Below are positions 1 to 13,165 of a DNA stretch of 64,000 bases, piece after piece; position 1 is the first letter of the stretch, and each line of letters begins with the position of its first letter. The stretch spans positions 7,504,001-7,568,000 of the forward strand of contig CM052817.1 of assembly GCA_028534125.1 (NCBI GenBank), in the 5' to 3' direction. A program made the position numbers and the translations under genes. The notes under the pieces were generated by a model. The model was not told the DNA's origin and did not search any database. It saw only the letters and a program-made list of their open reading frames with translations. Origin of the DNA: Lama glama (lineage: Eukaryota).

Positions 1-689
1 TTGGCTAAAGGTTGTTTAATCAACTTGACAAATTAGATTTGTACACTTTACTCTTAGATGTGCGTGTGGCTTTGAGACTACTGTCATAGTTGAGAGATTA
101 ATATTTTGTCCCACATTAAGCGAGTGTCTAGTAACTTGGTTTCCTTCACCAGTCATTCCTGATGGGGTAAACCCTGCATGCACACAGTCTTTCAGAACCC
201 CAGGGATAAGTGTACATTTATGTTTATGTTTGAGTCCCTATTAGTTATCTTTGGGTCATAGTAGCTTATTTTTCACTCAGTATATGGTCAGAGGTTGTGT
301 TTAGAATTCTTATGCTGTTGAGTTCTCATGCCATTAAGGGTCTTCTGCTCTGTGTTGATGAGGGTCTGTGTGTTTCTTGGAGATGCTTTCCAGTTTGCCT
401 CACATCTTATGGTAACTCTCCCCGAGCAGGTGCAGCTTACACATATGCACAGACTTTCTGCCTCCAGTGGAGATCTTGAATCATGGAAGGTCCTATTTAG
501 CTGTCTCTTTTCTTAGTTCTCTTTATTAAAAGTTCTGGCTGATCTGCTATTTTGCTCAGATTGTGGAGCTGTCAGTCTCCTTCTTACTGTTCTCCACCAA
601 GCCCTCTGTTATTTTTGACAATGACCCTAGGCATGGAGTTTTCCAAGCTATCTGTGAAGCTCTGCAAGAGTTTTCATCAACTGCAACAT

Positions 690-985
690 TAGAAACAGCA
701 CAGTCCACACAAGACCACCTTCACTTCTGACACATTGCGAGTTCATGATTCTCCAAACCACCCTCAGTTTGTGTTATTCACTAGAGAGTCTCACAAAGCT
801 TACTGCTATTATATTCACAGTTATAGTTCATTATAGAGAAAAGGAACATATTAAAATAAGCCAAAGGACGAGACACATAGGGAAGAGTCTAGGAAAAGTA
901 TCGAGTGCATAGCATCCATTGTCCTTGCCCCATTGAGTCACAGACATATTACTCCCCTGGCATCAACTCATGACAACACACACTA
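690..985 (-). mobile_element. MER21-family LTR fragment (ERVL-related)
   Basis: cacagtccacacaagaccaccttcacttctgacac...ttcactagagagtctcac...gttatagttcattata resembles antisense MER21; related to the copy at 42550-43440. Confidence 0.65.
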
Positions 986-1074
986 AAGTGTGTGAATAAA
1001 AACTAGAGAAATGCAGACTTAACTGTGTCTGTTATTATTTTCTAGCTAGTTCTTAAATAGTCATTTGAGGGTCA

Positions 1075-1190
1075 GCATATCTGAGACCTTCACTTTACAG
1101 ATGGGAAGATTGAGTCTCAAACAGGTGTCATAACTTGTCTATGGTTACCCAAAGCATCGTGGCAAGTTGGGACTAAAGTCTAATTCCTGG
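1075..1190 (-). mobile_element. MIR SINE fragment
   Basis: cactttacagatgggaagattgag...taacttgtctatggttaccc = antisense MIR core. Confidence 0.7.
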
Positions 1191-1843
1191 GTCCCTGTGA
1201 GCACTGGAGCATAAAAGGCCAAACTGGAGCATTTTATGTGTTTTAGAGAAAATGCTTTTGGATAGTAAGATAATATTGCCTTTTGTAGGACCCTTGGGAC
1301 TTTCTTTTAAGATAGCTTCCTCAACTATTACAACAGTCCTTACTCTTCTCATGTAATGCCAGTGTATATATTTTCAGTTTTTATGTCCACATCTCTCATA
1401 TCTGTGAACTTCACCCAGTCAAAATCCCATTTCTCATGTGAGAATTCTGAACCAAATAGAGGGTGGTGATTTTCCCAGTGTTACCCAGCTTGTTACACAC
1501 TTCACACTATACGCCACAGCGCCATACTTTCAGTTCAGGCCTCTTTCCAATATGCCTCAGTTGCTGACCGTTGTTTCTGTCAGAATCAAAGTCGCTCTCC
1601 TGACCTCTTACCTGAAGCATCGGCATGTGAAAATACAGCCCCTCTGCCTAATTATTTTTTTCCCTTAGATCTCCAACTTGATGCAATATCAGAGCCTTCT
1701 GTCACCCTTCATTTTCCTGTGTGTTAAGTAGAGTCACACAGTAATAACTTGACTTCCATTTGTCTTACAAAGTCACACCATCACTTTTGCCCTAGCTGAT
1801 ATTTAGGATGCATGCAATTTTGATTTCTTTTTCTGATCTACAG

Positions 1844-1993
1844 ATTTTGGAAGTAAGAGAAAGGTTAAGTACTACCTTTGGTGCCAAGCTACTGAGAAGA
1901 GCCCAGAAACTCCTGTGTTCAAAATCAGGTGCAGAAGATCAAAAGATGCCAAAAACTCACAAGAAAGATGCCTCTGAGAACAAACTTGTCTGA
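1844..1993 (+). CDS. Candidate terminal coding exon (ILEVRERLSTTFGAKLLRRAQKLLCSKSGAEDQKMPKTHKKDASENKLV*) of an unidentified gene lying mostly upstream of the window
   Basis: Polypyrimidine tract plus CAG acceptor (ttttgatttctttttctgatctacag, ends 1843), phase-0 open frame of 49 codons to TGA at 1991-1993, AATAAA at 2000-2005 and 2223-2228; non-repetitive sequence. Confidence 0.45.
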   Translation: MLEVRERLSTTFGAKLLRRAQKLLCSKSGAEDQKMPKTHKKDASENKLV

Positions 1994-4275
1994 ACTAAGA
2001 ATAAATGCTGAAATGATAGGGTGATTCCTTCCCCCAAATACTCCACTAGTGATCGTGAGACTGAAAATGGCTCAGATTTGGAAAAGATTATACAGCCTTG
2101 AAGAGGAAGAGGGTATGTTTTGTTTTGCTTGTGATTCACCTGAATGTTGTCTGAACAAACATGTTGGAACTAGATTGAACACACCTACTCTCTTGCTTAT
2201 ATGAGATGGCAGACATGACATCAATAAAATGTCTTAAGTCTGCATACTAGAGCGTAAAGTTTCTCTATTTTACCATGTTTCCAAAGGCCATAGCTACTAA
2301 AAGGGTTTAATATTTTATAATGCTCCTATGCCAACTTGGTTTTATCAACTGAGATGGGTTTCACGTGGATAGAGACAGATATACCACAAAGCTGGTGAAA
2401 ATTAGCTTCAGGACTTGAATGGATTTCTTAAAACATCCTGGGAGGGATTTGGACATTATTTCCAATGATTATATGTTTCTGGATTTTTTTTTAATAAAAA
2501 CTTTTAATCTCAGTGGGTTAAGACAAATGTCTCTTTTTACTTTGAGTTACCGTCTGTCATACCTTTCCTCTTATGGGAAGAACTTAAGTAACTGTGGGCA
2601 CTTTTGGAACCCATACAAGAGAAAACCTATGGACTCATCACTTTTTAGTTAGTTGGATCTATTTATGTCACTATTATTAGAAATGCCACTATCATCCCAG
2701 TGCCAATCAGTCAGACTGGTGACATAGCAATTCAGAACCAAAGATTCATATCAGGACAAACATGTCTTATGTCTTATGGTGCCAGAACTAGGAGCACATG
2801 GGTAGCGTAAGAGAAATGAATGAAATATACAGACCCAGAACTTAGTCTGTGAAAAATTTCTTTCAACCATCAGAAAAGTAAGTAAAATACAGTTTTCACT
2901 GAGTCCTGGTCAAAACAGATTTGTTACTACAAGAAATATATTCAGTAAAGCATGAATTTATTTATTAAAAATTAAAATTGAAAACACGCCATAATTTTAA
3001 TAGTTTATAGGAATACTATCATATAGAACTTATTAGAATTCCTGTGTTTATAGGGCATAAATATGAAGTAATGCTGCAAACTATAAGCATGTCTGCAACA
3101 GCTCAAGGATGAAAGACACGCAATGAAACTGTTGCCAAATTTTACAACAATCCTAAATATTTATACAGTAATACTTCCGGTAAGTTGCTAAGCTGAAATG
3201 TTTCTAAATTATCATTCATAGAAATGCAAAATGTAGAACAACAATGGTCAGGGGAAAAAAAAGACTTACCATTATCTTTCTACACTCTCCATGGAAGTTA
3301 TATTACCAATTTCATGTAATATTAAGTTGTGCCGAGTGTGTAGGCAAAATTGTAGGAAAGAAAAACAAAACAAGTGAAGAAAAGAATGCTGTTGAAACCT
3401 GGAAGTGTGCACTTGGTTCTAAACAGAACACAGACACATTCAAAGGGCATTGGACACAGTTCCCAAACATGAGTGGAGGTGCAGGGACATTATCCACAGT
3501 AAGCCTTTATGTCAGTGAACACTGATGAGCTTGGTGATTTGTGCTCTTCTGTCTGTCCTACTTACAGTCAAAACTGAGAGTTTTACATTTCTAACAGGAA
3601 CATTCATTCAGAAATCAAGCTACATGGAACAGAGAGCTCATTCAAAGTGGGACCTCCTCAGCCCATGACAACCACAAACTAGTATAAACATCTCTATAGA
3701 ATGTTCTCATCCATGGAGGAGAAAATAGGAAAGTTTCCAAACTTTCTCCCTCTCAGTTCTGCTTTGAATCTAATATTTTTTGATTCAGTGTTTTTTTTTT
3801 TTAATGAACAGAGAAAAACAGAAACTGAGTGTTAGGTCAAAACCAAAACATGAAAAACAAAAAGCTAAGAGATTATCTGGCTCTAGCTTGTACCTTGAAT
3901 GCCCAAAACACAGTCCATGGTTCTACCTAAATGCTATCAATGGCTGATGATTCATTACCTTAAAGCAGCCCATCTATATAGTTCCAACCACTAGGTTCTT
4001 CCTGACTTCTACTCAGTATAAGAGAATGTGAGGAACTTTCTCTCCTGCCTCCCAAAGAGGAGTAAGAGTTCAAAGCATTCCCACATGGCGAAAGACCAGA
4101 TGCAGAATCATGGTGTGAAACAGAAGGCTGAACCAGCCAGGAACAGGTATGGATTCCTGCTAACGCCACTGCTCAGGACTACAAACAGTAATGTGTTGCT
4201 TGCCTGGGGCTGTGAGGAAGTGAAACAATTGTCCCATAATCAGGTGTAGTTAGACGTTGCATACAGGGCACTCTT

Positions 4276-4610
4276 GTGTGTGGCAGATTCTCTTTAAAGA
4301 TGACCACAAAAAATTCCTTGCCTTCCTTCTTCCATGATGTACGCAAACTTGTCTAAACTACTGGAGAAAATGAGCCACCTGGAGGAGAACAAAAGTGCTC
4401 CAGTTGATGGCCTGTACCATCACCAGATGTATAGTGAGGACTCCTTGGTTCTTCCACCAGGAGGGCTGTGATGTGCTCCCAGCTGAATGCAAATGAATGT
4501 CTCGGATTTTTTCTATACTACACTATACTACACGAGCAGAAATAAGCCACAAGCAGGCTGAAACTGAAGAGCTTGGAGCAAACAAAGAATTGTTGTTTGT
4601 TAAGGACAAA
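4276..4610 (+). mobile_element. MaLR LTR, MLT1F-like
   Basis: tgtgtggcagattctctttaaagatgaccac start; gccacctggaggagaac, cccagctgaatgc, gaattgttgtttgttaag motifs. Confidence 0.6.
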
Positions 4611-4719
4611 TAGTTAACTACAATGCTGTGAAACAAAGCTAAAGCCACCAGTAAGAGGTCTGGTTCTCAACTGTAGACACTGCTGAACAGGACAGAGAAA
4701 ATTACATGATGTCTAGATA

Positions 4720-5230
4720 GAGAGGTAAGCATGAAGTTAAAAAAAAAATTCTAAGAAACACCTCCCTTCAAGCTGAAGTAAAATTTCAAAATTTACTAGG
4801 GACACAGATGCCAATTAGCCAAAGAAACTAAGAAAATAATTATGTCTGAGGAAGTGGAAATAATAGCACAATCTTCAAAGCACTTAAAAAGTTATATTTA
4901 AAACCCTCAGATTAAAAAAAAACTATCCAAATAAAGAAAAAAATTTAAAAATAGAAGCAAAAGAAGGTGAATATAAATCAAATCCTAGAGACCAAGAATC
5001 TATTAGAAACTTTTAAAATCATTGCTTTAAGAAGTCATTACACACTTACGAGACACTTCTCTAATCTGAAGGAAGTGGTAAATTACAAGACAGTACAGAT
5101 AAATTCACCGAGAAAGTAGTCTAGAGAAGTAAATGGGCAAAAAAAAAAAAAAAAAAAAAGAAGAAGAAGAAGAAAGAGAAATTTAGTGATATAGATGAAT
5201 AGACTGAAAAGTTCTAAATAAAAGATTGCA
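4720..5230 (+). mobile_element. Old L1 (L1M) ORF1-region fragment with A/GAA low-complexity run at ~5138-5175
   Basis: A-rich degenerate ORF1-like sequence. Confidence 0.5.
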
Positions 5231-5237
5231 ATAGGTG

Positions 5238-5715
5238 TTGTAATATGCTGCTCAAATCTGTCTTCAGTGAAGAATTTGCTGATCCAGCTTCTGAGGATAT
5301 TGTTAGCAGTCTACATATGTCAGCTCTTTAAAGCATTTTATCACATATAGAGAACTGCTTTCCCCAACCTCAAATCCCTTACTGGAGGGGCTCTCTACCA
5401 ATAACTGATTCATGTGAGAGCATAGAGTCATGATCACCTCGTTTATTTGAGGATGACTCATGATGGCACCTTTGTTTGCCCATTCATGTTTCCTTCAGCT
5501 CCCTCCTTTAGGTATTGATATCGAAAGACATTCTGGATGCTACATCCCAACTCAGAGTTTGCTTCCTGAGAAACCCAGCTGAAGCCATTTGGTTGCAGTA
5601 ACAAATCAGGAAAACAGATGCTAAGATGGGATTTTTCAGCTGAGTCACTCACCAACTAGATGCCAAGAATGAACACACTGCCAGCCCCTGGCACGAATGG
5701 GTAGTTTAATTGTTA
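5238..5715 (+). mobile_element. ERVL LTR16-like LTR plus start of internal region
   Basis: ctcagagtttgcttcctgagaaacccagctgaagcca LTR end followed by ttggttgcagtaacaaatcaggaaaacagatgctaagatgggatttt, typical of ERV3-16A3/LTR16 internal start. Confidence 0.6.
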
Positions 5716-5950
5716 TAGTGAGTAAGCTAACAAATGAGATAAAATGAAATCATAAAAATGTTCCATCTAAAAGAAGGCAGAAAAAGGAAAATGAGAACAA
5801 AGAACAAATGAGGTAACTAGAAAGCAAATAGTGAGATGATAGACTTAAACTCAACTACATCAGTTATCACATTAAATGTAAATATTCTACATATCTCAAC
5901 TAAAAGGCAGAGATTGTCAGACTGAATTTTTTAAAAGCAAAACCAAACAG
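5716..5950 (+). mobile_element. L1M inter-ORF/ORF2-start fragment
   Basis: atcacattaaatgtaaat...taaaaggcagagattgtcagactgaat = ITLNVN...KRQRLSDW endonuclease start. Confidence 0.75.
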
Positions 5951-5974
5951 TACTGGTTCTATACTACACTTCTA

Positions 5975-6465
5975 CATAATTGTGACCTTTGTGTTGTAAA
6001 GCAGATAAGTTACTTAGATACTTTGGATGTGTTGGATTTGCTTTCATGACGTGGTAGGTGCCTCTGGGGAAGTGCTTAGTCTAGAGTTTATATTTCCTGC
6101 TACTGAGGTAAGACTTTCCTGAGTGCTCTACCCAATTCTTCATGAATTATGAAATTTTCCAGTCTGACTGGTGAGAACAGGCAGTATTTCTAGTCTGGTA
6201 TGAGAGCAGGGCATCGTCCTCAACTATCCTTTTGAATATTTCTTTCTAAAGCCTTGGACAATTTCCTAACACATATGCCCGATCCTCCATGGAATACTCT
6301 AAAGGGTTCTTCTCTGGAATGGGCTAGCTCTCCCCTCTCTGGCATTCTGTCCGGCAAACTCTAGCCTCCTTTGTTTCCCTGGGCTCTCAGCTCTGCTTCA
6401 TTTCTCCCTCCCTGAGCCCTGGGAAAATTTGGTCTCTGTTACTTTACGTTAGTCGGAAATATGAT
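5975..6465 (-). mobile_element. Old L1 5'-region fragment (L1MC/L1MD-like)
   Basis: gagtgctctacccaattcttcatgaattatgaaattttccagtctgactggtgagaacaggc resembles antisense L1M 5' end. Confidence 0.6.
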
Positions 6466-6734
6466 ATAATATGAAGGGAATAAAACCATGGTTCAAACAT
6501 TCATAAACCATGTGATCTCAGTCCCATGAGAAAGTACATACAAGTACTGGCAGATCATACAGCAAAGAGTGAATAGGACATCTACTAAAATATACGGTCT
6601 TTAAAAAATTATGTCACTGAACAAGCTTCATTTTTAAATTCAAAAACTAAAATGTTTCTTAAAAAGCTTCTTAATGTTATGAGAAATTGGTTATGTACAA
6701 AGTCAGTAAAAATTGCAATTTCCAAACTCCATAT

Positions 6735-7385
6735 AGGCAGGGCGCCCAAGCTGTGTGTATGCGTTCCCTGGGGCACCACAGCAAACTCGCAGTGGTGCCG
6801 CAGGGTAGTTTCAAGTTTGAGAGAAATGCAGTTACATTCAACATCTGTTGGATGCTACACAGAGTACTAGCTCAAGGTGGTTCATAGTTTCAACAATAGT
6901 CTATGTTCCATTCCTTTTGAGAATGTCATATCTTTACAAAGCTGAGTTGTCAACTGTCACTATGATTAAAAAGCAAGTAACCAGCGTGGAACAGAAAATT
7001 AAGTCGGTAGCAGTCAACCTAATTCCGAGAGGTAAGTAGTCGTGCAGTGCTTGACAAGTGTACTTGCTTTATCTCACTAGTGAATGATTATAATGATTTA
7101 AGAATAAAATACAATCCATGAATGACTGAAAAATTGTACTGAACACTGGAATTTGACACAACATTGTAAAATGATTATAAATCAATAAAAAATGTTAAAA
7201 AAAGAATAAAATACAATGTTATTTTTATTCCCATGTATGTTTGTAATTTTTTTCCCAAATGGCTATAAGCTTTGAGGACACAAATACTTAAGCTGTTTAG
7301 AAGTAACTACATAATAAGTGGAAATCTTAGATACCTGCCCTAGGAGGTGCCATGAAAAATATTCTAAAATATTCAGTGAGACCAG
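6735..7385. mobile_element. hAT-Charlie DNA transposon fossil (Charlie4-like), interrupted by young L1 tail
   Basis: ccctggggcaccacagcaaactcgcagtggtgccgcaggg start and gtgccatgaaaaatatt end. Confidence 0.6.
7116..7201 (+). mobile_element. Young 5'-truncated L1 3' tail (~86 bp) with 16-bp TSD
   Basis: atgactgaaaaattgtactgaacactggaatttgacacaacattgtaaaatgattataaatcaataaaaa; identical flanks aagaataaaatacaat at 7100-7115 and 7202-7217. Confidence 0.9.
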
Positions 7386-8441
7386 AGAGAAGACCTTCTA
7401 CCACATAGCGTGATCACACACACACTCACCCACAGGATCAAAGGAACACAGCACAATGGCAAACATGAACAGCGATTCGCTTACACACTCAGAAACATCG
7501 CCTGCTCTTGTTTGTCGTTTGCTTGTTTGGTCCTGGATCGTGTTGCCACCAGTGAGGATTAGATACAGTGAGATGATCGAGACCAGAGACACAGAGGAAT
7601 GGTATGACAGTCAAGCTTTTAAGGGCAGAGTAGGCAATAGCAAAATAAAGGCTCTGCTCGTCAAGGAGACTGGGAGGAGGCACTATTTTGGCAGGTGTAG
7701 AGCGTAAGGGTGGGATGAAGCCTGTCAATACGCTCGAGGCGGAGATCCAGATGTGAGAAAATATGTGGCATTAGGAAGAGCTCAAAACATAAGCAATGCA
7801 TTCACAAGCTGCCTCCTAGGACCAGAGAGGTGCAGGGAAACTTACCACATGAGCCGTTGCGGACCTGGGGTCCTGGAAGTCATTCAAAGCGGGATCTTGA
7901 GGATGAATGCTGGAAGAAACACAGGGAAACAGGACCAGCGTGAAAACACAAGTTGTCTAACCTGGGTCAGGGCTAAGCCCTACTTACTGGCTTCCAGTCA
8001 AAGGCAGGATTTAAGCTTGAGTCAAGCCTATTTAACAAGACTCCTGATCAGAGGTAGAGTCCTGAGCCAGAGGGGGTTACAAGAGCTCCTCCGTGAAAAT
8101 AAACTGTTTGGTGGGTCATCGTGGGGGTGGGGTGGAATATCACGGTTGACTGCATTTGATTTTCGTCTCTGTCTTGCCTTTTTTGAGCGGTGGAACTTGG
8201 AGCAAGTCAGGCTCTTGAGCTTCAGTTTCCCCCTCCATAAATAGAGAGCAATCAGTTTCACCCCATAGGCTGTTTTAAGATTCAAGGGGTATGTTCCTCA
8301 CCCAGGACCTGACCATGTTGAATCCAGACAGTGTCTCTGATTCACCACATGTATGAAATTGTCACTGCTTATTACAATGATGTCTGTGAAATACTTTTGA
8401 AATGTTTCTGTGTTCCAAACTTTCATGTACCAAACCTTATT

Positions 8442-9360
8442 CTTTTTTTTTTAATTATTGTGTTAAGAACACTTAACATGAGGCCTGCCATCTTAAACTC
8501 TTAAGTGCAAAATACACTATTGTTAATGATAAGCACAGTGTTGTATAGAAGATCCTTGGAACTTTTTTTCATTTCGTTTAAGTAAAAATGTGCATCCGTT
8601 GAATGGCAGCTTTCCATTTCCCCCTCCCCTCAGCCCCTGGCAACCAACATTCTACTCTCTGTTAAACTGAATTGTGTATAATTGTCCGCCTGTGGCTGGT
8701 TAATTTCACATAGCGTTATGCCTTCCAGGTTCATCCATGTTGTCACATAGGGCAGGATTTTTTTCATTTTTAAGGCTGAATGATATTCCGTTGTGTGTAT
8801 ATATTGCATTTTCTTTACCCATTCATCTACCGATGGGTATCTATTGATTGCTTCTTTACCTTGGCTGTTGTAAATAATGCTACAATAAACATGGGCATAC
8901 TAATATCTCTTCACGATCTTGATTTCACTTCCTTTGGATATTTACCCAGAAATAAGATTTCTGCATCATAAAAAAATGTAATTTTTTTTTGTGCAGCCTC
9001 CAAACAGCTCCCCATAAAATTCTTATCAACAGTATACAAAAAATTCCAATTTTTCCACATCCTTGACAACAGTTGTTATCTTTTGATCTTTGGCAGTAAC
9101 TGTCCTAAGCAGCATGACATGATACCTCGTGGTTTTGACTGCGTGTCCCTGATGACTAGTAATGCTGAAATGTTTTCATGTGCCCTGCAGCCATTTGTGT
9201 GCCTTCTCCTGTGAAACGTCTACTCATCCGTTTCACTCGTTTTTTAATTGGGTTATTTATTTTGCTTTCTATACTTTGAATATTAACCCCTTATCTGATA
9301 TGCAGTGTACAAATATTTCCTCCCTTTCCACAGGCTGATTTTTCACTCTGTCAATCTGTT
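8442..9360 (-). mobile_element. L1MA9/L1MB-like 3' end
   Basis: poly-T then gttaagaacacttaacatgag...; ccaggttcatccatgttgtc, ttggctgttgtaaataatgctacaataaacatggg. Confidence 0.85.
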
Positions 9361-10130
9361 TGGGGGGCGATGGGGGGGGGGTGCAGCCGCAGCCTTCTAA
9401 CATCCAATGCGCATGGATATAAGTTCTTATTTCCATATCCAAGGGGTTCTTCTGGCAACAGTAGTGTTGGAATTGGGGGTTCTTAATTAGAATTAAAGAA
9501 GTCAAATTCTCTATGCGAGTCCTGTATTTCTCCCCATTTTGGCTCACAATGTTCTCATGCCTTCCTCTATTGAATTTCTGTTTGTGTTTCTACAAAATGA
9601 GAACCTGAATTAGAAATGCTTGCAATTATAACGATAAACTCAAATCTTTAGAATGTATAGCGTTCTCAAATGTATGTTCTTGTTTAATGTTCACTTCTTA
9701 TGTAGAGATAACATCAAAGATTATGGAAATTAAATGAATTTGCAAGATCATACAGCTGACAACAGAGCCAAAAATGAAACCCCAGCTCTGGTCAGTAAGC
9801 CCACTGAATTCTCTACATTTAATATTAACACGTCCGTGGTGCTGTGAAGAAAACATTATTCTCTCATTGTCTGAATGTTAATCAAACTTGGCAGCAAGCC
9901 TAACTTTGCCACTTAAAGGCATATCATATTGGAAAATTACTTTTTTTCCCTAAATCTCAGTTTTCTCATCTGTAATATGAGGGTTTTTAAAAGGTATAAT
10001 TCCATTATAAAACGCACATACATGGCATTCACTTAATAGAACATTTACTTTCTTTTCTTCGTTTAAGAAATGTGACTAATCATATCTCACAAATAAAGAA
10101 ATGAGAGAATTGCTATAAAATTCTTGCTCT

Positions 10131-10149
10131 GTCCACTAGATGGCAGTAT
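10131..10149 (+). promoter_or_regulatory. CTCF motif (forward)
   Basis: gtCCACTAGATGGCAGtat matches CCASYAGRKGGCRS in unique sequence. Confidence 0.6.
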
Positions 10150-11269
10150 TTCTATAAACCTCAGAGAACCTGTTAACAAAGAACTAGCTCTTTTGCAGGC
10201 CTGGGTGTTGGGCTGGTTTCCTGCGGGGCATTAACAGCACTGATGTTGCCTCATTGCGGCCTCTGGACACATGCACCTTGATCTCTCTTACCTGCCTTTC
10301 GGAGCATCTTTAAGCGAATGATGAAAGATTTGAAGAATAGGTTGAGAAAATCACTTGGTTAATGTATTAAGGTTATACTGCCCATTCCTGGCACTTTTTA
10401 GAATGGTTATGAATTAGCCAATGTTAAAAATATGTCTTTATATTTTAGATTACACCTGACCCTCAAAGCTAGTGCTACTTTCTACTGTGGTGGGATGTTT
10501 GGGAGGCAGTTGGTGGGTTTTGCAACCAGCCATGACTTTTTCTGTCATTAAGAGTGGTCAGGTCTTGGCATTAACACACCCTCATCCCTCACCATTTCTA
10601 GTTGCTTTGATGAATACCTAGCTCTTTTCGGAAAGACACATGATTTCCTCAAAATGCCTGTAATCAATCATGTTTACCAAGAAACAGGCAATTCAAGCTG
10701 AAACAACCGTTACTTGCTACCTCTACCGTTCCAGTGCCAAATAGTGTCACATTTATTTTTAATTTTAATTGATAAAATAAAAAGACCAGAGAAGATAAGC
10801 AACTTGGACATGGCCATGAAGCCAGTAAGGAGAATAGTTAGGGTACCCCCACTCTACAAAGGAAATCTCAGCAAAATACATTCTCTATAACACAAATATT
10901 TGTAATACATTGAGCTGTGATTTGGGCAAATCTCCAAAGCAAATATGGGCAGAATTCTCAGATTAACAATGTATTATTTGTGAAAGGAGCAAATCTTTTG
11001 ACCAGATTTTTTTATGCAACTAACAAATCTACCCTGACGTCTATAATATATCAGGCATAGTACTAGACTCTGATGGTACAAAGAGGAATCAGATTTGCAC
11101 ACGAGCCTCCTCTGATCAGAAGGCCAGATGGCTGCCCCTGGCACCTCAGCCCAGCAACCCCCACCCAGAGGACAGGGCTGCTCTTTTTCACAAAGTTTTG
11201 GAGACAAAATAAGTCAAAAGCTGGTGAGGGAACTAGAGTGTCAGGTGACTAGAATGTGCTCCTGCAGAT

Positions 11270-11350
11270 AATAGTTATTTCCTTCAAAGTCCATCCCCCT
11301 GATTGTTACAGATTATTCCAAAGATGCTGCCATTGCTGGAAACCATTGCT
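11270..11350. mobile_element. Ancient mariner-type (MARNA-like) fragment
   Basis: ttattccaaagatgctgccattgctggaaac. Confidence 0.5.
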
Positions 11351-11449
11351 CAGCATTGATTTCAGATTAATTTCAACTTTTATTCTGATTATCTAACAAA
11401 TATGTGATCATTTTGTGAAACTTGGGAAATAGATACATTTGTAAGCTAA

Positions 11450-11730
11450 TTTTTTAATTCCAAGAATTCTGTGTATCAAGATAATCACTATTAATATGTC
11501 ATTGTGTTTCCTTCTAACTTTACACACATCACTGAGACTTTTCAAATGGCTGAATCATAATCTATGGTGTAGATATGTCATAATTTATTTAGCTGCACCT
11601 CTAAAAATAAAAATTGGAGTTGTTTCTAAGTTTTCATTATTATAACAAATATAGTTGTTATAAACATCTTTGTCCGCATTTTGGCTTTTTTGTCTCAGCT
11701 TGATTCCTTACAAGTGCTTGTTAAATAGCT
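11450..11730 (-). mobile_element. L1ME-like 3' fragment
   Basis: ttggagttgtttctaagttttcattattataacaaat...taaacatctttgt. Confidence 0.65.
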
Positions 11731-12813
11731 AAGTAAAGGCATTTTTTTTTAATCTTTTGAGAGTGATCAAAAAGAAAAGTCTTTCTTCTTAAAATAAAAA
11801 TTTGGTCCAGTTGCTTGGGGACCAAATTCCGATGTGAACGTTTAAAAGATGATGGTGGGTAACAGTGGCTTCACTTCAAAATTGTGTGTGATTTTCCAGA
11901 ACAGAGACATTTTGTCTTGTGAACAGCAAATAAGCAGTCCTCAGTGCCTTGTGAGTAAAGCCCTAATCCCTTAATCTGTCAAGGAAGCCGTCTCCCGTAT
12001 TTCACCACAAACTGGGACCCAATCTTACCTGTAGCCAGTTCTCCTGTTACTATTTAATTACTTCTTTATCTTTCTTCTTTCTCTATAATTTGCCATTTTC
12101 TTGTGCACCTTATGTCTACCAGTCAGCTCCTAATCCTCCTGTCTCGTTCCCACTCTTCAATTCATAACCTTCCTTTAATACCCTTCCGATTTCTGTCAAA
12201 TCTCACTTTGTCGTAACTGATCATTTTAGATAAAAATGACCCCTCTTCTGATAGAGAAGCAGAAAACTATTAAAACAGTTCTAGAGAAAACAATCTAAAC
12301 ACTCATTACAATGTAATTGCATGCTTGCCTGTATTACAGGTATGTGCACATTTGTCTTACCTTTGCTGATGGAATTGCCTCTGAGGTTGTGATTTATGCC
12401 TTTAGAATTAGTCTTAACGGAAACCAACAGAATCCTACACAAGTGAGATTTGCCCATGAATGTGGGGGAAAAACAGCTCTTCTTCCATGAGCTCTGTTAT
12501 CAGTTCTTCTACCTTCTTTCCTGCTGCTCTTTGCATCTCTTCCCCCGCCAAACCCCACCCTGCCATTAACCTGCCTCATCACTGCTAGTTTTTAAGTCCC
12601 AGCACGACCATCTTCTGATGTGTCCTGTAACCATGTGCAAGCATGGTCTGACCACTGCACTGAGAAGCTTCAAAGACAAAAGAGTGCAAACTGACCACGT
12701 CATATGGACACTGGTGCTTACTACCTCAGAAGGCTTTTGTGATGAGATCAAATAAGACAGCCACAGGAAAGTGGGTTGCCACCTGTCTGATACAGGCATC
12801 CCTTCTTCATGAG

Positions 12814-13165
12814 TTCTATGGGCTGAATGTTCGTGTCCACCCAAAAGCCATATGTTACAACCCTAATCCCAGGATGATAATATTTGGAGGTGGAGCCTTT
12901 GGGAGGTAATTTGGCTTGAGGGCAGACCCCTCAGGAGGAGATTGGTGCCCTGCTAAGAGAAGACATGAGGGCGTGCTTCCTCTCTCTTTAGGCCATGTGA
13001 GGAGAAGCTGGCCACCTGCAGACCAGGAGGGAAGCCAGCCCTCACCAGACATCAGGTCTGCCAGCGCCTTCTTCTTGGACTTCCCAGCCTCCAGAACTGT
13101 AAGAAACGAATTTCTGTTGTTTAAGCCACTCAGTCTATGGCATTTTTGTTGTAGTGACCTCAACA
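12814..13165 (+). mobile_element. MaLR solo LTR, MLT1A-like
   Basis: tatgggctgaatgttcgtgtcc...tcttggacttcccagcctccagaactgtaagaaacgaatttctgttgtttaagccac. Confidence 0.9.

Noticed and set aside
2940..3530. AT-rich stretch resembling a minus-strand 3'UTR (tttatt at ~2961)
   Set aside because: No linked coding exon; composition alone is insufficient
3959..4209. Possible minus-strand exon (acceptor ttgtttcacttcctcacag, donor aag|gtaatg)
   Set aside because: The long frame has a stop near the start and no recognisable peptide; splice-like signals alone are common. Could only be rescued by RNA-seq
7753..8244. 163-aa ORF
   Set aside because: Non-ATG start, ends in a MIR, no domain or splice support
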